Shown here one piece after another: positions 16,179 to 25,095 of a DNA stretch of 34,886 bases. Source of the stretch: a virus (taxonomy: Duplodnaviria > Caudoviricetes); IMG/VR virus record IMGVR_UViG_3300037506_000400, positions 1 through 34,886 of that record. One strand, 5' to 3'. The notes beneath the pieces were generated by a model. That model saw only the letters and a program-made list of their open reading frames with translations, made no database searches and was not told the DNA's origin. Within the stretch, counting starts at the first letter, position 1; each line of letters opens with the position of its first letter. Position numbers and translations under genes: made by a program.

Positions 16179-16858
16179 CACGGCTCCCATTTCCAGCCAG
16201 CTCCGACGGCGCGCGACGCGCCGGTGAAGTTGACCGTGTTGTTGATGAGGTCGGCGACGTTGCCGCCCTCCTCGGTGGACTCGAGCAGCACCCAGCCGCG
16301 GAACCGCTTCGCCGCCGGCGCAGGCTGGTACTCGAGAAGGAAGGGCGTGCCGTTGTCCCAGTAGTCCTGCAGCTTCTGGGTGCCCGCGCCCGGGTCGTTG
16401 TCGACGCTGAGCAGCTCGAAGGTCTCGAGGCTGCCAGAGAGGTCGCCGAGTCCGAGCTTCTTCGAGCGCTGGCCCGTGGAGTTGTTGAGCGTCGTGTCGT
16501 CGAGCACGTCGCGGCTCTGGTTGACGGTGACGTTGTGCACGCCGAGCAGGTCGACCACGGGGAGGTAGCTGCCCGAGACGCGCACGAGAGCGGCCGCGCC
16601 CTGGTCAGCGAGGAAGGTGATGATGCCGAAGAGGTAGTCGACGGTGTAGGTGCCAGCCGCCGCGGTGACGTAGCCGCCGCCGCCGGCGCCGTCGGCGTCG
16701 ACCTCGACGGTGGGCGGCACCGCGGGGTCGAGCAGTCGACGCGCGTCGGTGTTCAGCTGGTAGACCGTGTTCGCGGCGAGCTTCGTCGTCGGCTCGTTCG
16801 TGAAGGCCGTCGACGTGCCCCGCCCGCGGACCACGCCTTGGTGAGCAGCGCTCGACAC
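16178..16858 (-). CDS. Tail tube protein paralog 2 with inserted domain
   Basis: C-terminal SRDVLDDTTL…QRSKKLGLGDLSGS…FTG aligns with 16868-17275; about 90 aa inserted near the N-terminus (YTVDYLFGIITF). Confidence 0.75.
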   Translation of the reverse strand: MSSAAHQGVVRGRGTSTAFTNEPTTKLAANTVYQLNTDARRLLDPAVPPTVEVDADGAGGGGYVTAAAGTYTVDYLFGIITFLADQGAAALVRVSGSYLPVVDLLGVHNVTVNQSRDVLDDTTLNNSTGQRSKKLGLGDLSGSLETFELLSVDNDPGAGTQKLQDYWDNGTPFLLEYQPAPAAKRFRGWVLLESTEEGGNVADLINNTVNFTGASRAVGAGWKWEP

Positions 16859-16867
16859 GTCAGCTCC

Positions 16868-17275
16868 TTACGGGCGAACGATGGCCGCGCCAGACTGGGT
16901 GAGGGAGAACGACCGCGAGACCAGGCCGTCGACTTGACCGCCCGTCTCGACCGACTCGACGAGGCACGGGTAGGTGAAGCCGTTGGTGCCGTCGGGCAGG
17001 TCGGTGACGTAGACGACGGCGCCGGAGTCGTGCGACGAGAGCAGGAGCGCCTGCGCCGCGTCGCCGTGCTCCCAGTCGCCGGAGATCGAGCCGGTGCCGT
17101 CCTTCAGGCCGAGCAGCTTCGTGCGCTGGTCACCATCCTTGGTGTCGGTGGTGTCGAGCACGTCGCGGCTGCGCGTGAAGGTGAACTCCTTCCCGCCGTC
17201 GATTTCGTCGCTGCCCGAGGGGGCGGCGTTCGTGCTCTTCACGTACAGCTTCCGGAGGTGTGCAGCAGTGGACAT
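16868..17275 (-). CDS. Major tail tube protein (TP901-1/TTP-like)
   Basis: SRDVLDTTD…GLKDGTGSISG…V.S.E.GGQVDGLVS.SFSLT.SG; own motif copy and GAGGAG SD upstream. Confidence 0.85.
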   Translation of the reverse strand: MSTAAHLRKLYVKSTNAAPSGSDEIDGGKEFTFTRSRDVLDTTDTKDGDQRTKLLGLKDGTGSISGDWEHGDAAQALLLSSHDSGAVVYVTDLPDGTNGFTYPCLVESVETGGQVDGLVSRSFSLTQSGAAIVRP

Positions 17276-17309
17276 GGGCGCTCCTCGAGGTCAGCGAACG
17301 GAGCCACGC

Positions 17310-17331
17310 TGCCGCGAGGCATGCACACGCA
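17310..17331 (-). promoter_or_regulatory. Late motif copy (tail tube operon)
   Basis: Exact 22-bp copy in the intergenic gap, followed by GCGT. Confidence 0.8.
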
Positions 17332-17338
17332 GCGACCG

Positions 17339-18292
17339 CTACGCGTCGAGTTGGGCGCGGTATGGGCACTCGAAGTTCATCGCCCATCGGTGCAGTTGGT
17401 CGCCGGTCTCGCCGAGGTACACCGGGGCCGAGTCGCGCGCGTAGAGACTCAGGTACCCAGTCAGCACGTACTGGTGCAGCCAAGCGAAGACCGCGCGCGC
17501 GACCTTCTCACCCGTTTCGAGTTCCTCGGCGCCGATGCGCACGAGCACCTGCACCGTCGGCCGGCAGAGCGCGGTGCGCCGGCCCTGCAGGTAGGGCATC
17601 GGCCCGGGCCCGCCGGTGTTGAGGAAGAAGAGCGCGAGCGCGGGCGTGCGCGGGAAGCTGCGCTCGGGTCCGACGAACAGGTTCACCGCTTCGGTGAGCG
17701 TGGTCGCGTCGGCGACCTTCCCGTTGAGGAAGCTCACGATGTCGCTGGCCGGGTTCTTCACGGGCCCGGGCGACGGAGCAGCCCACGGCTGCCGCTCGAG
17801 CGAGCCGGTGAAGAACTCGTGGAACGCGTTCGCCGGCGAGTCGAAGCGGAACGCGACGTCGACGCTGAGGTCGGCCGTGGAGGGTGTCACGGCGAAGAGG
17901 TAGCCGAGGGCGCCGACGCTCACCACCGCGGGGGGCGTGCGCGGCGCGCCCGCGAAGTCGCGCCAGACGCCGACCGTCGGGGCTGCCCCGGTCCACAGCG
18001 CGCCGGCGGCGTCCTCGAGGTGCCAACACACGAAGGGCGCCGCCGGCGTGTGGATCGCGCCCGAGACACGCCGCTTGTCCGCCGCTGCCGTGCAGTCGAT
18101 GAGGAAGCACGTGCCGACAGCTTCGTCGTCGTCGCTCGGTGCGAAGCCGTACTCACCGCCGCCGATATCAACGATGGCGGGCGGGGTGCGCGCGGCACCG
18201 GAGCGGTCGACGTACTTCACGAAGCTGCACACGACGCCCGTGAGCGGCGCGCCGGCGCCATCGAACAGCGCGAATGAGAGCTTGTCGGCCAT
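17339..18292 (-). CDS. Tail terminator/minor capsid-type protein with two N-terminal repeats
   Basis: C-terminal NLFVGPE…NTGGPGP…PTVQVLVR…P.YLG…WAMNF is typical of siphophage tail terminators; immediately before the tube gene. Confidence 0.7.
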   Translation of the reverse strand: MADKLSFALFDGAGAPLTGVVCSFVKYVDRSGAARTPPAIVDIGGGEYGFAPSDDDEAVGTCFLIDCTAAADKRRVSGAIHTPAAPFVCWHLEDAAGALWTGAAPTVGVWRDFAGAPRTPPAVVSVGALGYLFAVTPSTADLSVDVAFRFDSPANAFHEFFTGSLERQPWAAPSPGPVKNPASDIVSFLNGKVADATTLTEAVNLFVGPERSFPRTPALALFFLNTGGPGPMPYLQGRRTALCRPTVQVLVRIGAEELETGEKVARAVFAWLHQYVLTGYLSLYARDSAPVYLGETGDQLHRWAMNFECPYRAQLDA

Positions 18293-18295
18293 CGC

Positions 18296-18553
18296 TCAGC
18301 TCGCCGGGTCAACCGGGTCGAGGATCGGGTCGGGGATCTCGGCGACGAAGGCGTTGAACTGCGCCTGTCGCGAGGCGGCGAAGTCCGCCGGTGCCGCGCC
18401 GTCCTGGGCGTCGCGCTTGCGCAGCCACTCGTTCCCAGCATCGACGATGGCGGCGACGTACCGGCGCAGCTGCGCGCGGTTCGGCGTGGTCGCCGTCTTG
18501 AAGGCTGCGATGCTCGCTGCGACGTCGTCTCGAGCGGTCCTGATGATTCCCAT
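18296..18553 (-). CDS. Hypothetical helical protein (85 aa)
   Basis: GAGG SD; follows the fibre-like gene. Confidence 0.6.
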   Translation of the reverse strand: MGIIRTARDDVAASIAAFKTATTPNRAQLRRYVAAIVDAGNEWLRKRDAQDGAAPADFAASRQAQFNAFVAEIPDPILDPVDPAS

Positions 18554-18561
18554 GATGTGCC

Positions 18562-19380
18562 TCAGAGGAGATTTGAGACTTGCCAGCTGAACGACGTGTT
18601 GCCGCTCGCGGCGGCCGAGAGGGTGACGGTGAAGCTCCCGCTCCCCACCACCACCCACCAGCGAGCGGCCCCGTGGTCACCGTGAAACGTCACGCTCACC
18701 CGGGAGCCGGTGCTCACCAGGGAGTTGTCGATTTGGCAGGTCGTCTGCCCGCTCGCGATGGCGCTCTTCCCGGTCGGGCGGTTGATGGCGTTGCCGCCCG
18801 TGCGACTCCCTGGCGTGCCGGTCGAGTCGGTTCCGAGTTGATCGACACGGCCCGCGTTGGTGCTGCCCCACAACTTGATGACGGCCGCGCTGCCGGTCGG
18901 GTTCACCTCGAAGCCGTAAGCCGTCTCCGTGTAGCCATCGGCGAATCGCAGCGCCATGTAGCGCACGGTGTTGTTGCCGAAGCGAAGTACCCCGGTCGCC
19001 GGCGTCGCCTCGATCTGCCACGAGTTCCCGCCACCGGCGTCCCACTTGAGCGCGCTCGCCCCCGCGCCCCAGAACGTCAGCCCGCCCTTCGTGAAGAAGG
19101 CGCGCTCGACCTCGGTCCCGCCGATGCCGGTGAAGATCGAGAACAGATGCGCGCTCGAGTGCGTCGAACCGTCGCTCTGCGAGGTGCCCGCCCTCACGAC
19201 GACGTCGCTCGCGCCGGTGCCGTTCGTGTTGAAGAGCATCGCGACCTGAATGCCCGCGCTCGCGATGATCAACGCGGCGAACGTCTTCACGCCGGCGAAG
19301 GTCTGCGCGGCGATCGACACGAGGCCGCTCACGAGAGCCGTCGCGAGGCGAGAGAACGGCGATGGTACGAGCGCGCTCAC
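18562..19380 (-). CDS. Fibre-like structural protein
   Basis: GLVSIAAQTFAGVKTF fibre motif; Gly/Ser/Thr-rich beta content; GTGA-coupled. Confidence 0.65.
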   Translation of the reverse strand: MSALVPSPFSRLATALVSGLVSIAAQTFAGVKTFAALIIASAGIQVAMLFNTNGTGASDVVVRAGTSQSDGSTHSSAHLFSIFTGIGGTEVERAFFTKGGLTFWGAGASALKWDAGGGNSWQIEATPATGVLRFGNNTVRYMALRFADGYTETAYGFEVNPTGSAAVIKLWGSTNAGRVDQLGTDSTGTPGSRTGGNAINRPTGKSAIASGQTTCQIDNSLVSTGSRVSVTFHGDHGAARWWVVVGSGSFTVTLSAAASGNTSFSWQVSNLL

Positions 19381-19778
19381 TTGGCCCCTCCCAGCGCGGC
19401 TCGCAGCCGGTTCGCGAGACGCTCGATGAAGCCGACCTCGAACGCGTTGAACACCTGCTCGAACCACTTGAAGCCGCCGGTGCCCTCGACGTGCTTCCCG
19501 CCGTGTACGCCCTCGTGCACCGCGGCCGCCTTCTCGTCGGTGAAGGCCGCGACCGCCTCGACGCCGGTCTTGCTCATCTCCCAGCTGGCGCTCGCGCTCG
19601 AGGCGAGCTCGCCGCTCGCGCGCGGCGCGGCCGCTGCCGCCTGGGCCACGAGCTTCTGCGTCTCGGGGGGCACGAAGTTCCGCACCTCGTCGACGAACAG
19701 GCGCTTCTTCTTCAGCAGCTCGCGCTTGAGCTGCTCGAGCCCCTTCACCTCGAGCGCCATGGCGACTCGCGGTGCCAT
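19377..19778 (-). CDS. HK97 gp10-like neck/tail-completion protein
   Basis: LEVKGLEQLKREL…AP..SGEL..S…AAAVHEG pattern and position. Confidence 0.75.
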   Translation of the reverse strand: MAPRVAMALEVKGLEQLKRELLKKKRLFVDEVRNFVPPETQKLVAQAAAAAPRASGELASSASASWEMSKTGVEAVAAFTDEKAAAVHEGVHGGKHVEGTGGFKWFEQVFNAFEVGFIERLANRLRAALGGAK

Positions 19779-20098
19779 CAGAGCGTCACCTCGTAGAGGG
19801 TGCGCGCGCCCACCTTGTCGCTCACGGAGCTCACGGCGATCGGGTGCTTCGCCTGCGTCGCATCGGCCTGGTTCGCCCCCGGGAGCCAGATGCGGTCGGT
19901 GATGGAGAGCGCGGTGAGGCACCACACCTTGTGCGACGACGGCACGTCTTCGCCGAGCGCGTTGCGCACCATGCGGTCGAGTCGCTCGACGCGCACCTTC
20001 ACCGCGACGGGCGCCTCATAGCTGGGCTTCCCGTAGCGGTCGGTGCTCGTCACCGCGGCCTTGTAGGCCGTCTGATTCATCCAACTCGAGAGGCTCAT
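19778..20098 (-). CDS. Head closure/stopper protein
   Basis: DRYGKP…VRNALGEDV.S…DRI.LP pattern; position after the adaptor. Confidence 0.75.
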   Translation of the reverse strand: MSLSSWMNQTAYKAAVTSTDRYGKPSYEAPVAVKVRVERLDRMVRNALGEDVPSSHKVWCLTALSITDRIWLPGANQADATQAKHPIAVSSVSDKVGARTLYEVTL

Positions 20099-20736
20099 CC
20101 CTCGTGCCTCACGTACGGTGCGAGCAGCTGCTGAACGCTCGGACTGAGGAGCCCGACGCGCGCGCGGTCGGCGTAGGTCACCGAGTAGGCGCCGAGCGAT
20201 TCGGCCGCCACGTTCTCCGCCTGGCCACCGCCGCGGTAGATGTTCGTCACGAGTTGCAGGCACGCCTGCTCGATGTCGTACGGGAGCGTTCGAGTGCCGC
20301 CCTGCGCCGGCGTCTGCCAGCCGCCCGCGTAGGTGACGGTGATCAACGGCGTCTCGCTGCCAGGCGTCGGCTCGTTCGCCGGTGGGAGACCACCACGCGC
20401 GAAGCCCGTGTAGGGCCACCCGGCGCGGCGGTAGAGGAACCCGGCGTCGGCGTCCTCAACGGTGAAGTCGCCGGCGGCGAACGTGAGGACGCTCCCATCA
20501 GGCAGCACGGCCTGCAGCGCGTTCACGATGGGCGTGACGTTGAGGACGATGCGGGCGCGACCGAAGCCCGCGACCTTCTCGACGATGCTCGCGTTGCGGT
20601 GCAGTTGGCCGCGGCGCAGGTGCCCGCGGATCGCGTCGGACGCAGCGCCGATTGCGCGCGGGAGGCGCGGGTCTGCCGCGTCGACGCCGAGCTCGAGCGC
20701 CGCGGTCGCGGCCAGCGTGAGGTCGGAATCAGCCAA
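20095..20736 (-). CDS. Head-tail connector (adaptor) protein
   Basis: I.AASDAI…ITVTYAGGW…LPYDIEQACLQLV…ESLGAYSVTY; TTG start with GGAGG SD. Confidence 0.85.
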   Translation of the reverse strand: MADSDLTLAATAALELGVDAADPRLPRAIGAASDAIRGHLRRGQLHRNASIVEKVAGFGRARIVLNVTPIVNALQAVLPDGSVLTFAAGDFTVEDADAGFLYRRAGWPYTGFARGGLPPANEPTPGSETPLITVTYAGGWQTPAQGGTRTLPYDIEQACLQLVTNIYRGGGQAENVAAESLGAYSVTYADRARVGLLSPSVQQLLAPYVRHEG

Positions 20737-20754
20737 GCAGGGCCTCCCGGCGGG

Positions 20755-20964
20755 TTACGCCGCCGACTTCTGCGTCTCCGGCAACTTCACCGCCTTGCCC
20801 GTCTTCGGGTCGAAGCGGTGGGTGAGGTCGTCGAAGCGCGCGACCTCCTCGCCGCCCTGGTGCTTCTTGATGTGCTCGGCCGTCCGCGGCGTGAAGGCGC
20901 AGGTCTCGCCGGCGACGTTGGGCTGGAAGTGCTTCGTCAACTTCATCATCACGAGTTCGGCCAT
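20755..20964 (-). CDS. Small head-module protein (69 aa)
   Basis: GGAG SD; paralog of 27259-27531. Confidence 0.7.
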   Translation of the reverse strand: MAELVMMKLTKHFQPNVAGETCAFTPRTAEHIKKHQGGEEVARFDDLTHRFDPKTGKAVKLPETQKSAA

Positions 20965-20988
20965 GCGCTCTCCAAGTGCTGCGGTGAA

Positions 20989-21060
20989 TTGCAGGGGCTG
21001 GACTCGAACCAGCGTGGCTGGGTTATGAGCCCAGCGAGGTAGCCGCTCCTCAACCCTGCG
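20989..21060 (-). tRNA. tRNA-Met(CAT), initiator (fMet) type
   Basis: Cloverleaf CGCAGGG/CCCTGCA with C1:A72 mismatch, anticodon arm CTGGG-CTCATAA-CCCAG with three G-C pairs, T arm GCTGG-TTCGAGT-CCAGC; CCA not encoded. Confidence 0.9.
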
Positions 21061-21068
21061 ACACTGCG

Positions 21069-21103
21069 CCCGCCGGGCCCTGGACTCCCGGCTACCCGGC
21101 GGG
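21069..21103. other. GC-rich stem-loop just upstream of the tRNA
   Basis: CCCGCCGGG (21069-21077) and CCCGGCGGG (21095-21103) inverted repeat; no U-tract. Confidence 0.5.
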
Positions 21104-21117
21104 TCCTGCCTTGGAGA

Positions 21118-21561
21118 TCAGTCGTCGGCCTGCGCCGGCAACACGTCGGCGCCCGAGAGCTGCAGGGTGCAGACGTTCGCGAGCGTCGGCGACGAACCGC
21201 CGGTGAACGCCGTCACCGTCACGACACGGACGAACGCCTTGGCGCCGCGCAGGTCGATGGTCTTCCGCTTGCGCGTGTTGACCGCGGTGATTTGCGCCAC
21301 CGCGCCGGCCGCGGCGACGCCCCCGGGCTGGTAGTCGACGTAGCCCGAGCCGACGACGTCGCTGTGCTGCAGCTTGCAGTCGAGCGTCTGCGTCGTCGGC
21401 GCCCCGGTGGCCGCGCCGGTCTGCGCCTCGAGGATGGCGAAGTTGAAGCCGCGGCGGTCGACGCCCGTGCCGTTCACCGTGCCGGCCGCGGACGCCGCGG
21501 GCACCGTGCCGAGTTGGTTCTTCACCTCCGGGCCGGGCCCGGACTGATTGAGGATGCTCAT
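21118..21561 (-). CDS. Capsid-associated (decoration/cement-like) protein
   Basis: Directly after MCP; NGTGVDRRGF…LQHSD…K.FVRVV beta-sandwich pattern; AAGGAG SD. Confidence 0.7.
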   Translation of the reverse strand: MSILNQSGPGPEVKNQLGTVPAASAAGTVNGTGVDRRGFNFAILEAQTGAATGAPTTQTLDCKLQHSDVVGSGYVDYQPGGVAAAGAVAQITAVNTRKRKTIDLRGAKAFVRVVTVTAFTGGSSPTLANVCTLQLSGADVLPAQADD

Positions 21562-21592
21562 AGTCTGCGTGCTCCTTGTGCTGCGAGTTCGG

Positions 21593-22891
21593 TTACTGCC
21601 AGGCGACCTGGTCGATGCGGGCGAACGTGTTGTCGTGCCGCGCGATGATGTCGTGGCCCTCGAGCATGCGGACCGGCGTCGAGTCGTTGCTGATGCCCGA
21701 CACCACCGCGGAGCCGTCGTGGTACGCGCCGTTCGGGAAGGCCTCGACCTGCATCGGCGTCGCGCGATCGAAGCCGACGATGAGGTCGTTCCACGCGCCG
21801 AAGTACAGCTCGGAGTCGGTGCCGCCGCCGAGGTTGTTCGGGATCTGCGTCGTGGTCTTCAGCGGGAAGCCGAGCAGCATGCCCATGGCCAGCTGCATCG
21901 CGAACACGAAGTTCGAGTTCGCGTCGAGCGTCGCGAAAAGGCCCCACTTCGTGCGCGGCGAGACCGCCCACCCGCCCGAGTCGAGCGGCACGTTCGACTC
22001 GTCGACCAGGCGGATCGCCTTGGTGAGGTCCGCCACCTTCTGCGCGGTGGTGGTGCCCGTCGAGTTGAAGACGTTGCCAGCGGCGATGAACTTGGTGATG
22101 CCCTTCGGCTGGAAGGTGTCCCCGGTGCCGCGGAGCGCGCTGAGGTCGCGGCGCAGGGCCATCGCCTGCAGCAGGTCGTCGCGGATGATGGTGTCGGCGC
22201 TCACCGACGGGTTGCGGAGCAACTCGTTCGTCACCGCCACGAGCGACGACGCCTTGCGACCCGTCATGCGCAGCTCCCCGAAGCCAGGCTGCGAGGGGAC
22301 GATGTTCCCCAGCTCGCCCACGTACGACACGGTCGCGCCGCTGTTCATCTTCCCGAGGTTGATGCTCGAGGTGAACTCGAGCGTGCGGGCGCCGAGCGCG
22401 AGCACGACGGTGCGCGCGTAGAGCAGCTCGACGAGCTCGGCGGCGAGCTCGGGCGGAACCAGCGCGCCACCGCCCGTCATCACGTTGCTCTGCAGGGCGC
22501 GCTCCTCGAGCAGCGCAGCGAGCTCGCCGTAGGCGCGCTTGTCCTCAGCGGTGACGTCTTCGCGAATCGCGATGGTCTTCGCGACGTCCGAGACCTTGCG
22601 CTTGCTCTCCGCGGCCAGCGCCGCGCAGCGGAAGAAGCGCGCAGCACGCAGCCCCTTGCCCTTGAACGGGTCCGACACCACGACGCCTTCCTGCACCGTC
22701 GCCCGGGGGACGGCGTTCACGTCGCGCACCAGGCGGACGAGGGCCTCGATGCCGCCGTCCTTCAGGGCGCGCTCGCCATCTTCCTGCGCGCGCTGCATGT
22801 TGGCCGCGGCGCGGTCGGCGTCCACCTTGTTGACGGTGTCGCGGATGATCTTCTCGAGGTCTGCGGCGGTGAGGTTGGCGAGGGTGGTCAT
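21593..22891 (-). CDS. Major capsid protein (HK97 fold)
   Basis: GGALVPPE, YVGE…P…FG, VTNELL, L.GTG…PKGI, LLGFP, YFGAW; N-terminal delta-like region. Confidence 0.96.
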   Translation of the reverse strand: MTTLANLTAADLEKIIRDTVNKVDADRAAANMQRAQEDGERALKDGGIEALVRLVRDVNAVPRATVQEGVVVSDPFKGKGLRAARFFRCAALAAESKRKVSDVAKTIAIREDVTAEDKRAYGELAALLEERALQSNVMTGGGALVPPELAAELVELLYARTVVLALGARTLEFTSSINLGKMNSGATVSYVGELGNIVPSQPGFGELRMTGRKASSLVAVTNELLRNPSVSADTIIRDDLLQAMALRRDLSALRGTGDTFQPKGITKFIAAGNVFNSTGTTTAQKVADLTKAIRLVDESNVPLDSGGWAVSPRTKWGLFATLDANSNFVFAMQLAMGMLLGFPLKTTTQIPNNLGGGTDSELYFGAWNDLIVGFDRATPMQVEAFPNGAYHDGSAVVSGISNDSTPVRMLEGHDIIARHDNTFARIDQVAWQ

Positions 22892-22896
22892 GACTT

Positions 22897-23550
22897 TCAG
22901 CTCCTGGAGGTCTTCCCCAAACGTCGAAGTTCAGCGGCGTGCTGCTCAGCTCGGGTCTCGCGCACCACGCGCTCGACGACTTTCGTGACCTCTTCCGTGC
23001 TCATCGCCGGCGCCTTGGCGCGGCGACGGGCGTCGAGGCGTTCGGTGATCAGGGAGCGCATCTGCGCTCGACCCTCGGGCAGGGCGTTCTCGTTCGACGG
23101 CAAGGTCACGACCGAGACCTCGAGCAGGCTCTGGCGCGTGTAGTTGATGGGGACCTCCCACCACTCCTCGTTGCCCGTCATCCGCTCTTCGTCGATCTCC
23201 CACTCGATCGGCTGGAAGCCGACCGACGCGCCCATGACGCCCTCATCCAGAATGCGAAGCGTGCGCTCGGAGAGCGGGTTCACCGCCTCGTCGAAGAACG
23301 TCGCCTCGAGGATGAGCTTCTTGTCCTCGATGACCGCGCGACCCTTGCCGATTGGGTGTGCCCAGGAGGCGTGGCCGAAGAGCACCACGGGGTTCTTCTC
23401 GAAGCGGTCGAGCTGCCAACCGTCGACGCGAACGATGCTGTTGTAGCTGTCGGGCGTCTCGTCGCTCGCGACGAACCGGCGCATGCGTGAAGCGGTCTCG
23501 CTCGCTTCGAGCTTGAGCATCTTCAGTTGGCGACGCACCAGCGCGGTCAT
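22897..23550 (-). CDS. Prohead maturation protease (HK97 family)
   Basis: NPVVLFGH…PIGK, SVGF, LLEVSVVTLPSNENAL. Confidence 0.93.
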   Translation of the reverse strand: MTALVRRQLKMLKLEASETASRMRRFVASDETPDSYNSIVRVDGWQLDRFEKNPVVLFGHASWAHPIGKGRAVIEDKKLILEATFFDEAVNPLSERTLRILDEGVMGASVGFQPIEWEIDEERMTGNEEWWEVPINYTRQSLLEVSVVTLPSNENALPEGRAQMRSLITERLDARRRAKAPAMSTEEVTKVVERVVRETRAEQHAAELRRLGKTSRS

Positions 23551-23561
23551 GGTGCGCAACG

Positions 23562-23583
23562 TGCCGCGAGGCATGCACACGCA
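23562..23583 (-). promoter_or_regulatory. Late motif copy (protease/capsid)
   Basis: Exact 22-bp copy; CACGTT then ATG 7 nt later, no SD. Confidence 0.8.
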
Positions 23584-23597
23584 GGAAGCGACTCGCG

Positions 23598-25085
23598 TCA
23601 GCCGAGCTGGCGCGCCCACGGCGGGTCACCCGGAGGAACCGCGCGCCCTTCGTCCTTCGCGTCCTCGTCGGGCTCGTCCTCGTCGTCCTCGGGCTCTTCG
23701 ACAGGCTCGTCCTTCGGCTTCTCGTCGTTCGGCGCCTGACCTGGCATCGCGGCCGGGAACTGCCCATCGAACTGCGGGAGCGGCTCGCGACCGCCCTCGT
23801 AGCGCCACTCGTTCATCGAGAACGCGGTGGGCATCGCCTTCATGACGTTGAGCCGTCGCTCGGGGTCGTCGGGAATGTCGAGTTCGGCCTCGAGGCAGAG
23901 CGTGTCGTCGTAGAACGGCACGAGCTTCGCCTGCAGCTCCGAGCGGAGGAACTGCGCGCGAGGGTACTCGACGCCGACGACCATGATGTAGCCCGCGGCG
24001 TCGATGGTCGAGCGGTTGCTGTTCTCGATGATGCCGACGATTTCAGGCGGCACGCCGAAGACCTGCGCCACCGTGTCGCGCTGGTTCTTGCGGAGGGGGC
24101 CGATCTCCTGCTCCTTGAAGCTCGAGTCGAGCTTCTGAGCGTTCATCTTGCCGCCGGCGAAGTGCACGCGATTCGTGTTGCTCACGCCGCCGTGCGACTG
24201 CGCCCACTTCTCCTCGGCGCGCTTGATCGCCGCATGGTCAGCGCCCTCGAAGCTGACGATGGCGCTCGGCATGCCGTTGTTGAAGAACCAGTTCTTCACG
24301 TACTTCGCCGCGTACTCGTCGGTCTCGAGCTCGTCGGAGAGTGCCTCCGCGACCCCGGTGCCTCGCCCGTACGGGTTCTCCGGGTCAGGGTCGCGGAGCC
24401 AGACCATGTTCTTCGGCGGGACGTCGAAGTTCACCGACTGGAAGCTGATGCGGAAGTTCGGCGAGGCCTGCGAAGGGATCTGCGTCACCCAGTGCGGTGG
24501 CAGCGCCACGAACCCGCCCGGCGCCCCACCCTTGAAGGCGAGCAGCCAGAACGCCTCGCCCTTGAGGTCGATCCACGTCTGCGTCATCTGCATCGTGCTC
24601 CGACCGGTGAGCTGCTGGTTCGGGTTCGCGAGCAGCTCGAGCAGTGGGTGGTCGACCACTTCGCGCAGCAGCCCCATCTCTGCGAGCTCGCGCCGCCGTG
24701 CCGCGCGTTGCCTCACCGAGCCCGCGCTCAGCTGCACATCGCGCACGGCGAAGTCCTGTCCCCAGCGAAACGCCGGCACGCCGAACACGTCCTCAATGCG
24801 CCCACTCGGGTCGACGGACTTCGGCACCGAGCGCCAGCGCGTGCTCGCCCGCGCCGGTGATGGCTCATCGGTGCGCACGTAGATGCGCCACTCGACGTTC
24901 GCGATCCCTCGCGCGATGCGCCCGGCCACTGCTCGAAGCCAGGGCTGTTCGCGGTAGGCGATCATCAGCTCGCGCGTGCCGCGCCGCGGTGCTCCGAAGA
25001 AGGGCGTGGCAGCCATCGCGACGTCGCCACCCTGCGACGGGGCAGCACGCTGCTGAAGACCGAGGAGCTTGCGCCACCAGGACAT
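23598..25085 (-). CDS. Portal protein (HK97 family)
   Basis: HPLLELLANPN, GEAFW, NWFFNNGMP, VAQVFGVPPEIVG, MNEWR; acidic tail. Confidence 0.95.
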   Translation of the reverse strand: MSWWRKLLGLQQRAAPSQGGDVAMAATPFFGAPRRGTRELMIAYREQPWLRAVAGRIARGIANVEWRIYVRTDEPSPARASTRWRSVPKSVDPSGRIEDVFGVPAFRWGQDFAVRDVQLSAGSVRQRAARRRELAEMGLLREVVDHPLLELLANPNQQLTGRSTMQMTQTWIDLKGEAFWLLAFKGGAPGGFVALPPHWVTQIPSQASPNFRISFQSVNFDVPPKNMVWLRDPDPENPYGRGTGVAEALSDELETDEYAAKYVKNWFFNNGMPSAIVSFEGADHAAIKRAEEKWAQSHGGVSNTNRVHFAGGKMNAQKLDSSFKEQEIGPLRKNQRDTVAQVFGVPPEIVGIIENSNRSTIDAAGYIMVVGVEYPRAQFLRSELQAKLVPFYDDTLCLEAELDIPDDPERRLNVMKAMPTAFSMNEWRYEGGREPLPQFDGQFPAAMPGQAPNDEKPKDEPVEEPEDDEDEPDEDAKDEGRAVPPGDPPWARQLG

Positions 25086-25095
25086 GGTCGCGGCG

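Noticed and set aside
20989-21060. tRNA as a host attB/attP integration site or as tRNA-Ile2
   Set aside because: It lies inside the head operon with no duplicated 3' fragment or integrase, and shows initiator determinants.
21069-21103. Rho-independent terminator
   Set aside because: Stem lacks a U-tract on either strand.
13451-23143. Long + strand ORFs (13451-14920, 13752-15044, 16535-18277, 18580-19902, 21548-23143)
   Set aside because: Antisense to clear structural genes; expected from stop-codon scarcity at high GC.
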